DNA of 64,000 nucleotides from Atractiella rhizophila (Eukaryota), in the NCBI GenBank assembly GCA_021432655.1, contig MU271247.1:1-64000 (forward strand). The letters run 5' to 3'. Both the position numbers and the translations under genes were made by a program. A model generated the notes under the pieces. That model was not told where the DNA came from. It made no database searches and was given only the letters and a program-made list of their open reading frames with translations. Positions 1 to 14,104 of the stretch are shown here, in pieces (within the stretch, counting starts at the first letter, position 1; each line of letters opens with the position of its first letter).

Positions 1-3000
1 ATACCTGAGCCTCCCTTTTGAAGGACGGAGTCGGAGAGATGGAGGTAGTGCGAATTCTCGATAGAGGCTGTGGATGAGACGAAGGAGAGAGCCTTGGGAC
101 GACCGGCGGAGGCGAAGTCTATGATTGCGAGGGTAGAAAGGACATTGGCAGAGCGCAGCTTGGAATACGGGTAGACCCAGTGCACCTGTCCACCAAAAGA
201 GACGTTAAGGAACAGCGGCTAGGGACGACGGAGGATTCTTTACCAAGGCCCCGTTATGCACAATGGCATCTACATCTTTAGACAACTGCTCGTAAGACCG
301 CTTGTCCAATCCAAACCTGTCAGTTTCCAGATTTCCAGCCACGACCTCGAGCCGCCCTTGCTCGACCCAACTCTCATTCCATACACCTCGTCCCTCCGAG
401 TTCTCCTTCAGACGCGACCTGGCTGTTGCATCGTCCTTAGCTCGAACGAGACAGATAACCTTAGCGACGTTATCCCGCTGCAACAAATCTTTAAGGATAA
501 ACGACCCCAGAAACCCTGTGGCTCCGGTAAGAAAAATGACACGCTTGCCATCCGAATGGTAGAGTGGAGGATCGTAAGACGGTCTGAGCTTCTTCAGTAG
601 CTGGACCTCGTCTTCGGCGTATTGGCGTGAGCTAATGTCTGTTGAGATCTTGGCAACTGCGTCTTTGCTCTCCTCCTCCACAAAACCCATGTCCTGATTT
701 CGGAGCTCATCGATCTGTCTCGCCATGCTTCTTAAGGTTGGGTACTCAAAGATGAGACCCAGAGGTGCATCTGGCGAAAATGCCTTCCGGATTTCGAATA
801 TCATTCGAGTAGCTAGGATGGAATGACCACCCAAATCGAAGAAGGATTCGTCGAGTGGAACAGGAGAGGGGATGTTTGTCAAAATTCGAGTCCAGATTGA
901 CTCCAGTGCCGCTTCTGTAGCGGTCCGCTTCACGTCCTTTCCAGTCTTCGAAGTGGAAGGCACAATGTCTGGAATTGTATCTGGAAATGGAAGTGCAGGC
1001 TTGTCAATCTTGCCGTTCGGGTTGAGCGGCATGCGTGAAAGAGGAACAAAAACTGAAATCCCTTCAGTAAATGACGACTTGGCAGAAAAGATGGACGAAC
1101 CAGATGGAATGCTGTAACTTGGCAGCTTGGTCTTGAGGTACTCCCTCATATCTTTGATCAGCTTCCTGTAGCGCCTCAGACCCCTCATTGCCTCCTCCTC
1201 TTTCCCCTGCTTCCTCTCGACTTCTCCTTCGCTCTCACTCACCATTTTGTCCGTCTCTTCTCCGCCTAATGGAACAAAGTAGCTCACTAGCACCTTTTCC
1301 TCGTATTTGTCTCTTCGGACTAGTGTAACGTTCTCTCGCACCAAAGGATGTCGGCTGAGGTGTGTATCGATCTCTCCCAATTCAATTCGGAAGCCTCGAA
1401 TCTTGATTTGATCGTCCGCTCTCCCCGTGCACTCTACCACGCCGTTCGGGAGATACCGACCCAAGTCCCCAGAGCGGTACATCCGGTCTCTAACTCCTTT
1501 CCAGTGTTCTGCACCATGCAGAGTATCCTCCCACTCAACAACATCCTGCTCTGGAGAACCCTTCCTCTTTCTCTTCCCGAGATTTGAGCTCGCGAACCAG
1601 TTCTCGACAAATTTAACCCTGTTATCCTCTTCCAGGTCGAGATATCCCTCGGCAAGACCACCGCTACGAACGTAAATCTCGCCAATTTCTCCAACCGCAC
1701 AAAGTTGTGTCTTGTCCTGCCGATTGACGACAAGAAGCTGGACGTCAACCATTCCGCTTCCGGCAGGAACAATGTCTTTTCTCGTCTTGAGGAAGGTAGG
1801 ATCGACAGACAGAGGAGGGATGGGAAAATACGAGACGGCTCGTTGAGTTTCCGTGGTTCCAAACATGTTGATGATCTGACAGTTGGACGCTAACTGCTGA
1901 AGACGCGTGCAGTCTCGCTTCGTAAGGATGTCTCCTACAAAGAAAGCATTCCGTAAAGAAGGAATTTGAGTTTTCGCTTGTGCTGAGAGTAACTGTCCCA
2001 TAGCTAGAGAGCTGGTAAGCCCTAATCCTGAAACAAAACGTTGAAGGTATTTGCTGACCTGGGGTGAGGTGAGTAACTGTCACCTCCTTATCGGCCATCC
2101 ATTGGGCCAATCTACCGGGAGTCCCAATGTCCTCAGCGGTGGGAATCCAAAGGCTTGCACCGAGGAAGAGAGGTGTGAACACTGTCATAGCGTCAGAACC
2201 TATGACCACTGGGTGAGGGAAGGAAAAAGCGCACTATCTCTCTGAATCGGATCATGGGCAATTCCACTGAGCATCGTAAACCTCTCGTTCTCTCCCATCA
2301 CGAATCGCTCGCTCATCCAACTGAAGAAGTGAGTGAGAGAATAATGCCTGCCTCTCACTCCTTTTGGGATTCCAGTACTCCCGCTCGTGAAACTGAGCGT
2401 CCCAATGCTATCTGGACCTAGCCCCACACCACTCGCTGGAATCTCGAGATCATCCGCATCAAGGTTGGGAGGAATGCTTAAGGAACCAGAAGAAAGGAGC
2501 TCCAAAGAAGGAATTTCAATTCGTAATGAGAGCTGTTCAGCGACGTACTGGCGCACTGATGGTGGTAATGTACCAGCACGAGAGAGGGTGATTAGAGCCC
2601 TCGGACGGGCGACTGAGAGGTATATTTGCTGTCTAGTGGGTGGATATGCCGGATCTGGGTTAGCGTGGCGTTAGCGCTTTTATTCTCAAAATTATGGCAT
2701 GGCACACCAATGACACTGAAAGTGCCCCCTGCCATCAAGGTCCCCACAACAGCCACCAGTAGTTCGACGCCTCTCGTACTGAAAATAGTGACTACCTCCT
2801 CTCTTTTCAAACCATTCTTCAACAACACCTTCGCGACTCTCAATGCTGCTCGATGGATTTGAGCATAGGAGAACCGTCTCTGCTCATCGTCTCTCTCTTC
2901 TACTACACATAACCGCTCCGGTGATGTTTCAGCATGACGAGCAAAGATATGAGTTATAGGGCCTGGCCAAGATGTCCAATGCAAATTGGCGCGAGGATTG

Positions 3001-3851
3001 GGAATCACTTCTCCCGCTTGAGTTTGGCCCTGTAGCTCTTTCCATTCGGCAGGGGATGAGAAAACCGGCTCGTGGATTGGAATCTTGAAAATTTCGAGAT
3101 CAGGGTTGTGCGACGTCTTAGTGAGGAGACATTCGAGCTGAGAAAAGATGTGTTGAATGCGTCGTGGGGAGAAAAGGAGGGAATTATAGGTGATCGTCAG
3201 TGTGGTGGGTGGGAGGGAAGGCAGCGCGTGCGTCGACATCTGAGAAGGAGGGGTTGAAGGCGGCGATGACGAAGAGAGAGAGAAGACAAGATCTGTAGTT
3301 AGAGAGGTCGAAGAAAGGAACGGCATGCTTGGTCCTCGATCCATCTCATCCAAAAACCTCACACGAAACAACGGTTCTGTGTCCCCTTCCTCTCCTCTGG
3401 CTTTCTTCACTGCCTCTTCAATCATCTCAAAAGGCACATTGAGCTCCTCCGCTTCCTTCTCCTGCCATACAACCCGCCTCACAAGGTTCCAAAACCCGTC
3501 TCCTGGCTCCAAGCCGACCTTGACAAGTAAGGGATCCCTCGCAATGGGTGAACTAGTCGCGACAACGATTTCACTCTCGGCGGTGTAACGAGCAAGGAGA
3601 ACCAGAAGGCCAGCGAGGACAAGTTGAAAGACGGTTGGTGGTGAGGCATCTTCTTCATCCTCTTCTTGATGGTATGATAGACGGATGAGGGAGGATAACA
3701 AGCGAGGGGAGAAGGTAAAAGACTGTAACGCTTCAATGGAGCGTTCGTGTCCTCGTGGTGGTCGCGGATAATCGGTTGGGAGCGTAAGCGTCGGCGAAGA
3801 GAGGAGGGATGGTACGAGACGAGACAGACGCTCTTCTTCAGTTAGAGACAT
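1..3851 (-). CDS. LYS2: L-2-aminoadipate reductase (NRPS-like A-T-R), multi-exon, 3' end beyond window start
   Basis: Adenylation motifs [27 protein letters not shown] and [15 protein letters not shown]; carrier-domain motif FFDLGGHS; reductase motif [12 protein letters not shown] and HNGALV; N-terminal [12 protein letters not shown] introns (e.g. 2655-2707). Confidence 0.96.
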
Positions 3852-5731
3852 TTTATCAGATGCGCACATATTGAAGTCTAAAACAGCGAACTGTTAGTAT
3901 TCCTTCCATTCCCTATTTTTATGAAAGGCTATAGTCCAGATAGTATCTTTCATACCTCCCAGCGAACCAGATCTTTTTTATCTCATCATTGTTCGCCTCT
4001 TGCAATGAACAACATGGCTTTGCTGTCTGCGTAAAGAATCCAAACCTTTTAACAATTTTGGAAACAGGCTTGCTATCACCTCAGCCGAAATCAGTGTTCT
4101 GCTTGCATCTCACGACCAATCTCGGAAACCAAACCAAACAAACCAGGTAAGTGTTGATACAAAAAACTGAGCACTTCAGACAACGGCACAACTTCGGTGC
4201 AAGTGTCATGTTACCATCAACAAATTGGGTCTACAAAGACATGCAATCTTCTCCAAGCTGATCAAAGCAATAGTTTGTCAAAATGTAAATCCAACATCTG
4301 TAAAGCTTCCTTAGTCGCACAACGTAGCCCACAGTTTTCGAAAGCTGCCGATTTTTGTAAACAGTCAGAGCCAATTTTCACAGCAGCAATGCAGAAGGGA
4401 TCTTCGACGCTTGGGCCAATTAACCGAAACTGGTTGTGTCCACAAATCTGTAGGTACAGACCTCTGCACAAAACCACTCTCCCAAATCTTCGCCGTCGAT
4501 CAAGGATGAAGAAGTTGCTCACCGTGATCGGCGCTTTAAGTCACCAAAATATCCGTACTTTGGATCTTTTAAGGATGCTCTTCACCACTGACTGTGGTTA
4601 CTGTGCCTTTATGATCAAAATTTACAGAAATCTGAGATGTCGTGGACTGACTGGGCAGTTTCTCAATTTCAAATGCCGTCCCTTTTTCCGACCGCTCCTC
4701 AAAAAAATGATATGGCTTGACAGCCTGGCACAACCCACAGGTGTTTCAGCGTCAAGAACCGCCAAACATTCTCACTGTTACTCTAATTCGCTTATCCCTC
4801 GCGCTATGTCCCGCAATTTACTGAACAGATATCAAGAACTTTGAATTTCCCAATTGCTTGATTGCTGAATGAGTCCTGAAAGAGTCAGGTTATAATAACA
4901 TTGTTCCTTATTATTTAGTCGCTTTTAGTCACTTCAAGGTTGATAACAGCTCCTGAAACCTAGTTGTCGAGCGTTCGAGGACTCCTAATGAGCACTTTTA
5001 GCAGGATGTTTGATGATCGTCAGCCTATCCACCATGATAAGTTGTCGCATGCGGGTGTTGTTGAGGTCTTCTTGCCTATCGACCATTCAAGAGCGCGTGA
5101 ATACTCGTGCAAACGAGGGAGAGCTGTCTCGCAGTACGGGCTAATTACTCAGCGGCTCAATCTCTTGTTCCCTTTTCGAAATCTCAGCAGATCTCAAATT
5201 GGTGCTGCGAAAGACAGTCCACAAAGCTGCTGAGCGTCGCAGCTTTTACTTTCCCCTCTGTTTACTTGGTCAAGTTCGTACTAGCCGATTTCCTGTAATA
5301 AACCCAAGCTAATTGCACCTCAGACGCTTTGAAAGGACCCCGCCTTCGTAAAATGCTCGTTCGTGCTCCTTCCTGCGGTTGAGATTCAATTCGGATCTGG
5401 GCGTGTGCATGTCGACCGCAACCACCGAGCATTTTTGGAGCCTTCTCCGCCTCAGAAAGAACTTGCGGTTGCGCTTTGGATCCGTGGTCTTGAACTGCTC
5501 AAGCTTCCAGAATGCGCGGCACCACTTCAACACTGATACCCCCTTGAATAAGCAAGCGTGGAAAGGTGATCGGATCACGATTTTGGAATCTGAAGGCTTG
5601 ACATCCGCACATATAAACCTCATCGGTGGTCCTCAACTGCCCACTTCCCAATCTTGGATCCATCGCTTCCTAATTCGTGTATTAACTCTGCTCCTCTTTC
5701 CTCCCTCTCATCACCAGTCCCTCAATTCGTC

Positions 5732-6971
5732 ATGCTCACTCCTCGTCCAGGCAAGCTTTTAGCCTCCAAAGACTTCATCCACTACCGCCTCGTTGACTCG
5801 CCTGTCGCTGGCATTGCTGAACGTTTCTATGCCTTTCTCGCCTCCGATCATCCCAGCGCGACAGAATGTCGTTACGCTTATGCTACAGCATATATGGGTC
5901 ACGAGCTAGAATCTATGTCTGATTATTTGCTGGAGCACGAATTGGACGACAAGGTTCGCCAATGTTTTGAGAGACCGCCAAAGCTCGTACTCGCTCAAGG
6001 TACGCTTTCTGAAGCGCTCCCTCCTCCATCATCTGGAAAAGGGTTGTGGTGACCGACAAATAGGAACGATGAAGCCATATGGGCTTTTTGCAAAAATCGA
6101 TTCAGATGGAAACTCTATTCACTCCTCCGATCGCAGCCTATCCTCTTTCTCCACTGCTAGCAATGCAAATGTTGATCCATACGACGCTGTAAGCCCTCCC
6201 CCGCCTTCCCATCTCACAACGTAATTGAACACGTGATCCAGATCTTCCTGCCATGGACTGTTCATCAAATCCTCAAAGATTCAATTGAAGCGGGAGACGA
6301 GGAGGAGGAAATGAGACGATATGCCGCCTATTTCGCTTTTGCTTGCATTGTGCACGAAACAGCACACTGGATGGCTGTTTCCGTAAGTCATTTCATCCAC
6401 ATTCGATGAAAAGTCTTACGAGAGTGATAGCGACACGGGTACGTGCACGACAAAGAACGTGACCTTGCGCACGCGAATAAAATTATGGTCGATCGACAGA
6501 GGGGACAAATAACCATTCACTCCCGAAATGACTGGGGAACACATGCGAAGGAGCTTTTGTTAGGTCACGCCTTCCAATTCATGTGCGCTTTTCTCTCGTT
6601 TCCCTCAACAATGAAGGCAAGATTCGCTGAACAAGAGCCCGATTTCAGCTCGTATGCGGATGGAACTTCGGAAGTGGTGACACAGCGAATTCTACCCCTC
6701 AATCCCAATCTCAAACCTTCTCTCCCATCTGCTACACAGACCAAAATCATCGACTGTCAGATACCCATGATGATTGATATCACGAGGCATGGGAGCCCGA
6801 ACGTCAGAAGCGCGCCGAAATGGAGGACGGATGGGTTCCTCATCGTCACATCCATGTCGCCAGAGTATGTTCCTCTCTCGACCTCTTCCTGAAAGGAGGC
6901 TTCATATTGATGTGGTTTCCAGTGCCGCTTGCCACCACGGCGCTTGTCGCTCCCGACTAACTAAGCATTGA
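5732..6971 (+). CDS. Uncharacterised protein with HExxH (HETAH) zincin-like motif, paralog 1
   Basis: Spliced reading MLTPRPGKLLASKDF...FACIVHETAHWMAVS...NDWGTHAKELLLGHAF...ACHHGAC; exon-by-exon similarity to 8349-9745 confirms coding. Confidence 0.8.
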
Positions 6972-7114
6972 TATCCAGAGCATTAGGAGAGGAGAGATCG
7001 AATCTCAACTCACCTGCCGCTATTTCCCTGGCGAGATCTCAATCAGAGCTCTTGTTAACATCATCGTGTCGTCTCAGTGTCTAGAAAATCGTTCAAATCA
7101 TCGTTGTAGTCTTG

Positions 7115-7137
7115 GGAAGGAAGGAAGGAAGGAAGGA
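7115..7137. repeat. (GGAA)n microsatellite
   Basis: Run of ggaa units (gggaaggaaggaaggaaggaagga). Confidence 0.8.
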
Positions 7138-8348
7138 CTATTTGTACTCTCTCTCTCGATCAGTGTCCATCGCATAAATTTTCATCCCGTCCAATCGATC
7201 CCTTTCCCTTCACCTTCCATTCTAACTGTTCGAGCAAACATCTAATTGCCTTCCCACAGGAGAGTCAGTCGGGCCATGGCTCCTCTTACCCTTCGGGAGA
7301 AATGCGTGGGGATACAGAATGGATCTCTGAAGGAACCAGACTAAACGGAAACACCATTGCTTTGCATCTGTCGCAGTATCATCCAAAAGTTCGAGGGCCC
7401 CGGTGTTCTCTTCCTTCAACCACTTGTTAGAAGGGAAGAGATCTATGCGGCCTCTCTGGGATACTGTTTGGTTAGAAGCCAGCTGTCAAGGTCTTCCCGC
7501 AGTTATCCACTGTCTTGGGATTATCTGGTTCCTTCCTCCTTTGCTGGCAAAAAAGTTGCTGGAAAAACTGGCGTTTCAAAAGCAAACTGTCCTGCAGAGC
7601 ATTGACTTCCCAATGACATTGACCTGGAAGCTTGGCTCACCCTGAAACTAACTGTGCTGTAGTTAGAGTCACGGTGTCAAGTGTGCTCGCAAGCGCTCCG
7701 ATCAAATCAAAATCGGGGTTTTGGAGTCAAGATCTACGTTCTTTCACTAAAGTTCTTGATCGCTTCTAATTCGCTTACGGAACACAGAGATCAGAGGTCC
7801 TACGTGCCGTTTCTGCTGCAGACAGCTGGCGCTTTTGGGTATGAAAGCCCTCCTGACATGCTTTGCTTGGCTGCCAGATGGAAGAGGAAAGTTGGGGGAT
7901 ACCGAGAACGTTCCAAAGTTTCATTGTTTTAAATTGTTCCAAAGCGTTGGAAGATCTTCTAACCGTGAAAGAGAAGCGGGAAGAGTAAAAGTTCGTTATA
8001 AATCCATAAATCCTAGAGAGGCTCCTGCGTTGCATCCTCGCGTGTCCTGCATGATCTGGCCCAGGTTGATATCAAGAGGCCGTGTCGATGGATCGGGACA
8101 GGATTGCCACATTCTCATCCTGTCCCGCCTAAAACCTCTGTTGGGCTGTGGCTGAGAAAGGAGGTGGAACGGCATCATTTCATGGGATTATATGCCAAAC
8201 AATGCTTCCCCGGGCGTAAATTGCTAACGGCCATCTCGTACACCTTGAGCTTCCAGAACCATCCGTTATAAAGCTCTCCATCTGTCTTTGCATTCTTCCT
8301 CTTCCTTTGCCACTGCCCTAACAGATAGATCCCCCTCAACACCACATC

Positions 8349-9745
8349 ATGCTCTCCCCAATTCAGCAAAAGTCGCCAAAAGGCAAACTACTCGCTTCGA
8401 AAGACTTCACAAACTACCGATTCGTCGATTCTCCAGTCGCTGGCATCGCAGACCGTTTCTTCGCCTTCCTCGCTTCAGATTTGCCAGCTGCGACTGAATG
8501 CAGATTCGCTTACGCTACCTCCTTCCTTGGACGCCCACCGGGAAGTCTTGGGGATTATCTCGTCGATGAAGAGCTGGACAGGAACATCAAAGACTTCTTT
8601 GGCAGACCGCCAAAGGTTGTGCTTGCGCAAGGTCGGTCATTTCTTCTTTCAAATCTCCGGCCCCCTTTCCGGCTGCTTCTAGTTTGAATGAAACGACCAT
8701 GATCAATGCATGAATGGACATTAATGGGCATTAATGAACGGCGGGATAGGTCCAATGAAGCCTTATGGTCTTCTTTCCCGACCATCTGATTCAAGTTCAG
8801 ACGGCGCGTCGTCGCGTTCCAATTCCATCTCTCAACCCAACCAAGTCGACCCATATGAAGCAGTATGCCTGTTCTTCCATGATCTTGAGAAGTAAGTCCT
8901 CATGTGACTGCAGATCTTTCTTCCGTGGACCGTCCATCAGAACCTGAAAGACGCCATTGCGGGCGGAGAAGAGGAGGACGAGGCGAGGCGCTACGCTGCT
9001 TACTTCTCATTTGCTTGTCTTGTCCACGAAACGGGTTCGTCTTTTGCATTTTTCCGTCTGGTCGATGGGTAACTGATATCTGTTCCGAATAGCGCACTGG
9101 GTGGCTGTTTCTGTTCGTCTTTCTTCCCCTGCCTCTGCGTTGAATGTCACCCATTGAGACTGGGAGTGTAGAGGCATGGATACATTCCTCACAAGGATCG
9201 CACAGAAAATGTGACGAGCTTAGTGGTGGATCGGCAACTTGGGCAAGTAGTGATTCACCGTCGGTAGGTCACTCTCTTTGCTGTAATTTCGTTCGCTTAT
9301 TGATGTCGATAATGAAGTGACGATTGGGGTATCATTGCCAAAGAGCTCTTGTTGGGACATGCGTTCTGCTACATTGTTCGTCTCCCGTTCTCGTTCTCCA
9401 AACCGGCTGACAATGTTCTACAGAGCTATGCAGATGGAACATCAGAAGTAGTGACCCAACGAATCCTCCCCGTCAATCCCAAACTCAAACCGTCCCTACC
9501 ATCTGCCGTCCAGACCAAGATCATTGATTGTGAAATACCGACGATGACTGATATCACGAGGTATGGGAGCCCAAATGTTCGGGAACCGCCGAAGTGGAGG
9601 GATGGGGGATTCTTGGTTGTAACTGCAGTCACACCTTTGTAAGTCGTTGATCTAGCCATCATATCTCAAACATTGAAAATTGACTTTGAACGTTGGGGAT
9701 AGTTCGGTCTGCCACCATGGCGATTGCACCATCATGAGGACTTGA
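8349..9745 (+). CDS. Uncharacterised protein with HExxH (HETAH) zincin-like motif, paralog 2
   Basis: Spliced reading KGKLLASKDFTNYRFVDSPVAG...FACLVHET|AHWVAVS...DDWGIIAKELLLGHAF...VCHHGDC; collinear with paralog 1. Confidence 0.8.
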
Positions 9746-11292
9746 GGCGGAGCCATGTCCAACGACAGGGGATGAGGACAGCCGTGAATGTCCAATTCTC
9801 TACGTTCACGTTACGTTCAGCTACGACTACGATTTCGACGTTTCGGTCTCCTCGATTCACTTTTGCGGCCTTCTTCTCGGTATATCACCTCCAACTCGTC
9901 TTCAAAGTGTTTCGTCAACCACTGATACCGACTTTCGTATTTCATGCGGGATACGATATTTCTATTTGGGTTGGAGCAGGTTGGAGTCTCGGTGCTAGTG
10001 TTATTGCCGTCTCTTTGTCTTCTCATGGCATCCCCTGCGAATTAAGTGGTTTGTGATGCTGGTAGAGCGTCCGTTGCATTTTTCTCCTACTGATTCGTTA
10101 TTTCCCTCGGCTTCCGAATGATTTATGAGAAAGGAGGGATCGTATTGCGCTCCGTCGAGGTCTATTTGTATTGATTGCACGCGACTCGAATAGATTGTTG
10201 CAATATAAGTCTCATCGCTCTTCGAATCTCAATGTACGATGTGGTTTTTGTTTTCTCACTCTTGCACGATTACTCTCATATATCCGTTTGCTTTGGGTGC
10301 CTGAATTCAGTTAAGTTCAGTGCTTTCACCTGAGAGACTGGAAGGCGTCGTGTTCTGCGGTGTATTGTCATGGACAGGAAAAGCTAAACTAGAATGTTGT
10401 CTAATGAGATTAGCGACGCATTATTGTCCAAGGAGAAGAGTAAGGGAGATTGGTGTGATTTGTGGTTTGCTTAGCTGACTGCTTGGGCAAATGGATGGAT
10501 GAGCTTTCTTCCTTAGCATTTAGCAGTGCATCAGGGCCAGATCTATTGTCAGTGGACCCAGTTCATAATTGAAATCTCCACCTAGACCTAGGCCATCAAC
10601 AAACCCTGAACTCGATACTGAGTTGACAATATAAACAATCTTCATCACGTTTGTTAGTACCCAAGACAACATAAAGGAATTTGATATTTCCCACGTGCAA
10701 CTCTGATCGAGTCAAATCCTCCTTTGTCCCAAAGGAAAGGAACGACCATCTGGTTCTGCACTTCACTTCACACTCGTAAACGGTTAAGTGAGTAATGGAG
10801 ACATGTTATTAGATGACTGGAGCGGTGGGTTAATAGGACGGAAGAATCCTTGCAGCTTCATGGTGCGTCGTCTCCTAAACTTGAATCAGGGTAGCCTTTC
10901 TCTTGCGTTCGAGTCTGCTCTTCCTTTGTTCGCATGGATACGAGAGAATGAATGATCATTCCATGCGAGACACGGTGATGTACTTATAACAAGACTGGGA
11001 CACTCCATCAAAATGGTGCACTAAATGAGCAGCACTAAAAGCCAATATCCAATATCGAACGATCCCAACTTGTACTTCTTTTAAATCATCTCCAGAAGAA
11101 TAATTGAATAAATCTTCTCTGGGGGAATAATACCAAGTCACGACAAGCAATGAAGGCGTATGCACACGACATAAAGGGGAATGAAGCAACACATCATGAT
11201 GGACCAAAACTGCACTAGCTATCTCAAGCTTCCCTTTTACTTCTACTGCCTCTCAAAGAAACCTTCCATAAATAGAAAACGAGGTTCTAGTT

Positions 11293-13084
11293 CTAGTTTT
11301 GGTATTTATCCATCTCTTCGTGTTCGTCCCTCCCAATCTTCATGATGCCGATCCCCTTCTCCGCTTCTCCTAGGTCGTAGTACTTCTCAGTCATCGAAGA
11401 ATCGTCACCTGCTCCTGTTCGGCTCCCTTCCTGTGAAGGCGACGTGTTCCCAGGAAGAGAAACCATTTGGAGGTCCGTGCGATCAGACGTAACTTGGGTG
11501 TGCACCTGTTGCATCAACACTCACGTCAACACTTAACTCTTCTCTTGGGAATTATGATATGATGCTGTAGGGAGCACTGGGGAGGAAGGGGGCACGAACA
11601 TGTACATTTGTGTCCGCCCCAAAAGTATCGAGCCCCAAAGATCGTGCTGACTTTGCTTTCTTCGCGTTCTTCTGTGCCACATACGCTCGAATCTTTGCGG
11701 ATTCTTCGGAAGGATCCGATGACATTTGAGAGCGGTTCGCACGGTTGATCGTGGGTGAATGCAGTCGGTTCATGATCATGAGAACACAGTTGACTGTCAT
11801 GACAAAAGGCTTGTTAGGCGAAAAATAGAGAGAACTCAATGTTCAAACACGAACTGTAAGTCTTCACGACGATGAAGTTGGAGCCGATGTGGTAGAGCTT
11901 GTCTTTGTATGTCCTGCATAGAGAGTCAGATCACAATTCGGGTTCTGCTGATTTGGAAGTGGGACATACAAAGAAAGTATCAAGTCTGTAATTTGGACAA
12001 TGGAGGGCAAGAGTCCCGTCTCTAGCGTCGTCCTGACCCACTACCCATCCAAAGTTAGACCAGTGGAATGTGAAGGTGTAGAGTTAGGGACGGACCTTGC
12101 CGACTAGTTTCTCCGTCTTCTCAAAGTCCGTCTCCCTCTGTTGCATCTTCAAATAAAAGATGAGCAAGAAGCAGAGCGTGAAGTCGCAGACTGAAGCGCC
12201 TCCTAGCCAGAACGAAGCACTGTATGAGAGGTCGGGGTACCATGTTGGCAAGGCGCGAGTTGTCACGATTCCAGTCCAGATGGCGCCGCTGAACCCAAAG
12301 AGGGAAACGCAAAGTAGGATAGCTAGTAGACTGTCCAAACAAAAAAGGCATGAGACGAGCACGCGACCATAAAGAAACGAAAGAAAGGTGACTGGAGACT
12401 AACGCGAGAACCATCCTTCGATATTTCCAGTATTTGGAGACGCGGTACAGACGGCGCATATATGTGATATGTGTCAGTGTTGCCTTCCCTCATCGTTACT
12501 CGCTTGTGGTTCAAAGAAAGTGGCAGACAAACGATGAAGCCTCCAAGGATCGTTAGCCCAAATACTGTTTTTGGGACATGGTCAACCGCGAGACCGTGCA
12601 CCAGGCCGTCCGCGATGTAATCGGCAGCAAATGAAAATTTGAGGATCCTTTACGTCAAAAGAATGAGCAGCGGGCATGAGATGGCAGTGGAACCTACATG
12701 TCAATTCTATGCCCAGCATGGAGTCAGTTTCTGCCAGTTGAGGAGAGCAGAAGGTGCGCACATGTCTGCAACCAAGAAGAGGTACAGGAACACATATGTG
12801 ACCCTCGTCGAAGATGAAGGCGGTAATCGTGCCATCTTTCGAAAGACGAGGTAGCTTGCGTGTCATTGAGCCTTTCATTCAAGAGACAACTTGTAGCTTC
12901 ACTCACAACTGCGAGCTCGCGTCAGCCATGGTAGAATGCAGGAAAGAAAATGGAAGTGCCCTACCTGCACAAGAGAAATACCAAAGAGGGTAGTCGTAAT
13001 GTACATCCCTATCTCAAGAGGGAGGATACCTTCCCTCGCCAACTTGTAGGTGTAAGGGATATGATCAGGAAGTTCAGACGACAT
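11293..13084 (-). CDS. Multi-pass membrane protein, DUF6534-like (basidiomycete-expanded family)
   Basis: MSSELPDH...LEIGMYITTTLFGISLVQ; hydrophobic exons; SVCDFTLCFLLIFYLK...TTLETG pattern; polar C-tail. Internal exon boundaries not fully resolved. Confidence 0.65.
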
Positions 13085-14104
13085 GTCTGCTGCAATCGCT
13101 GTGACTGAGTGGCTGAAAGAGTCGACAAAAAGGAACGAGTCTGGAGACTGAGGAGAGGAAAGAAGAAGAGAGTGACCGTTCTTATGCTCGGGCTGGATGA
13201 GATCAAGCAAGTTGAAAATTCCTTCTCGTCGTTCTCATTTCTACCCATTACGTTTAGTGCCTAACCAGTTGCGCGCCCACCTTCGCTCCCAAATCAAACT
13301 AATGGGAAAATTCAACCGTCCGTAGCAAGGTTAAGGATGTTACAGCTTGTTCGAAGTCCTGACATTGGCGAGCTACGGTGTGGTGAGGTCTCCGACGCAC
13401 AGGGATTGGCGAACCATTTTAATATTTAGGTTGATCAACGGCCTTCTTCTTCCTTCGACCATCTCCACGCAGTCGGATAAGCCCAAAAGAGTGGAAGGAC
13501 CATGGAGCAGAGATTTTGTTAGAGTTACCAGAGATTAACGCGAATATCGAAATTGGTTGCGCACGTTGATGAAAGTTATCCCGTTTTAAGAGAAAGCTTC
13601 CATTCTGGATGTTGGTTCTCAGAAGCAGTTCCTGTTGGGAACGTTGAGCGTTGCACACCGTCTTCCAAACCTACATGCTGAATCACAGAATTTGTTTGAC
13701 AAACTCGGTAGGTGCATGTCGAAATCGAGGGTAGTGTGGAAATTGCACGGTCGGATCTCGTTTCTGTGTTTGGGAGTACAAGCAGGATGCGTAGCAAGAT
13801 CGACAGAAACGAAGGCCTGGTAGAAACCATGAGAAGACGACTTTCCAATCCAATGCTCCAAACTCGGACGGTTCGCCTGATTTGAAGCAACGTTGAAGAA
13901 CTAGAAATCAGTGGACAAGCAGCGAAAGAAGGGAGAAACCGAGAAAACTGCTCCATTTCGATTCTAATCGCCGGCCGCGACTCAAGCTCACACTTAAAAT
14001 CACCATTCAGTTTGCTTGCAGAGGTAAGGGACCTCTGGGGAACTTCCTATCCACCGTCGCCACCGTCCGAGCCTAGCTACTCCATGAAGACTAGTCAGTC
14101 CGCA

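Noticed and set aside
4197..5623. 215-aa and ~100-aa ORFs between LYS2 and the first HExxH gene, considered as divergent partner genes or a transposon relic
   Set aside because: No recognisable motifs or terminal repeats; the short FWKL/LEQFKT matches with the region upstream of paralog 2 do not extend into an alignment.
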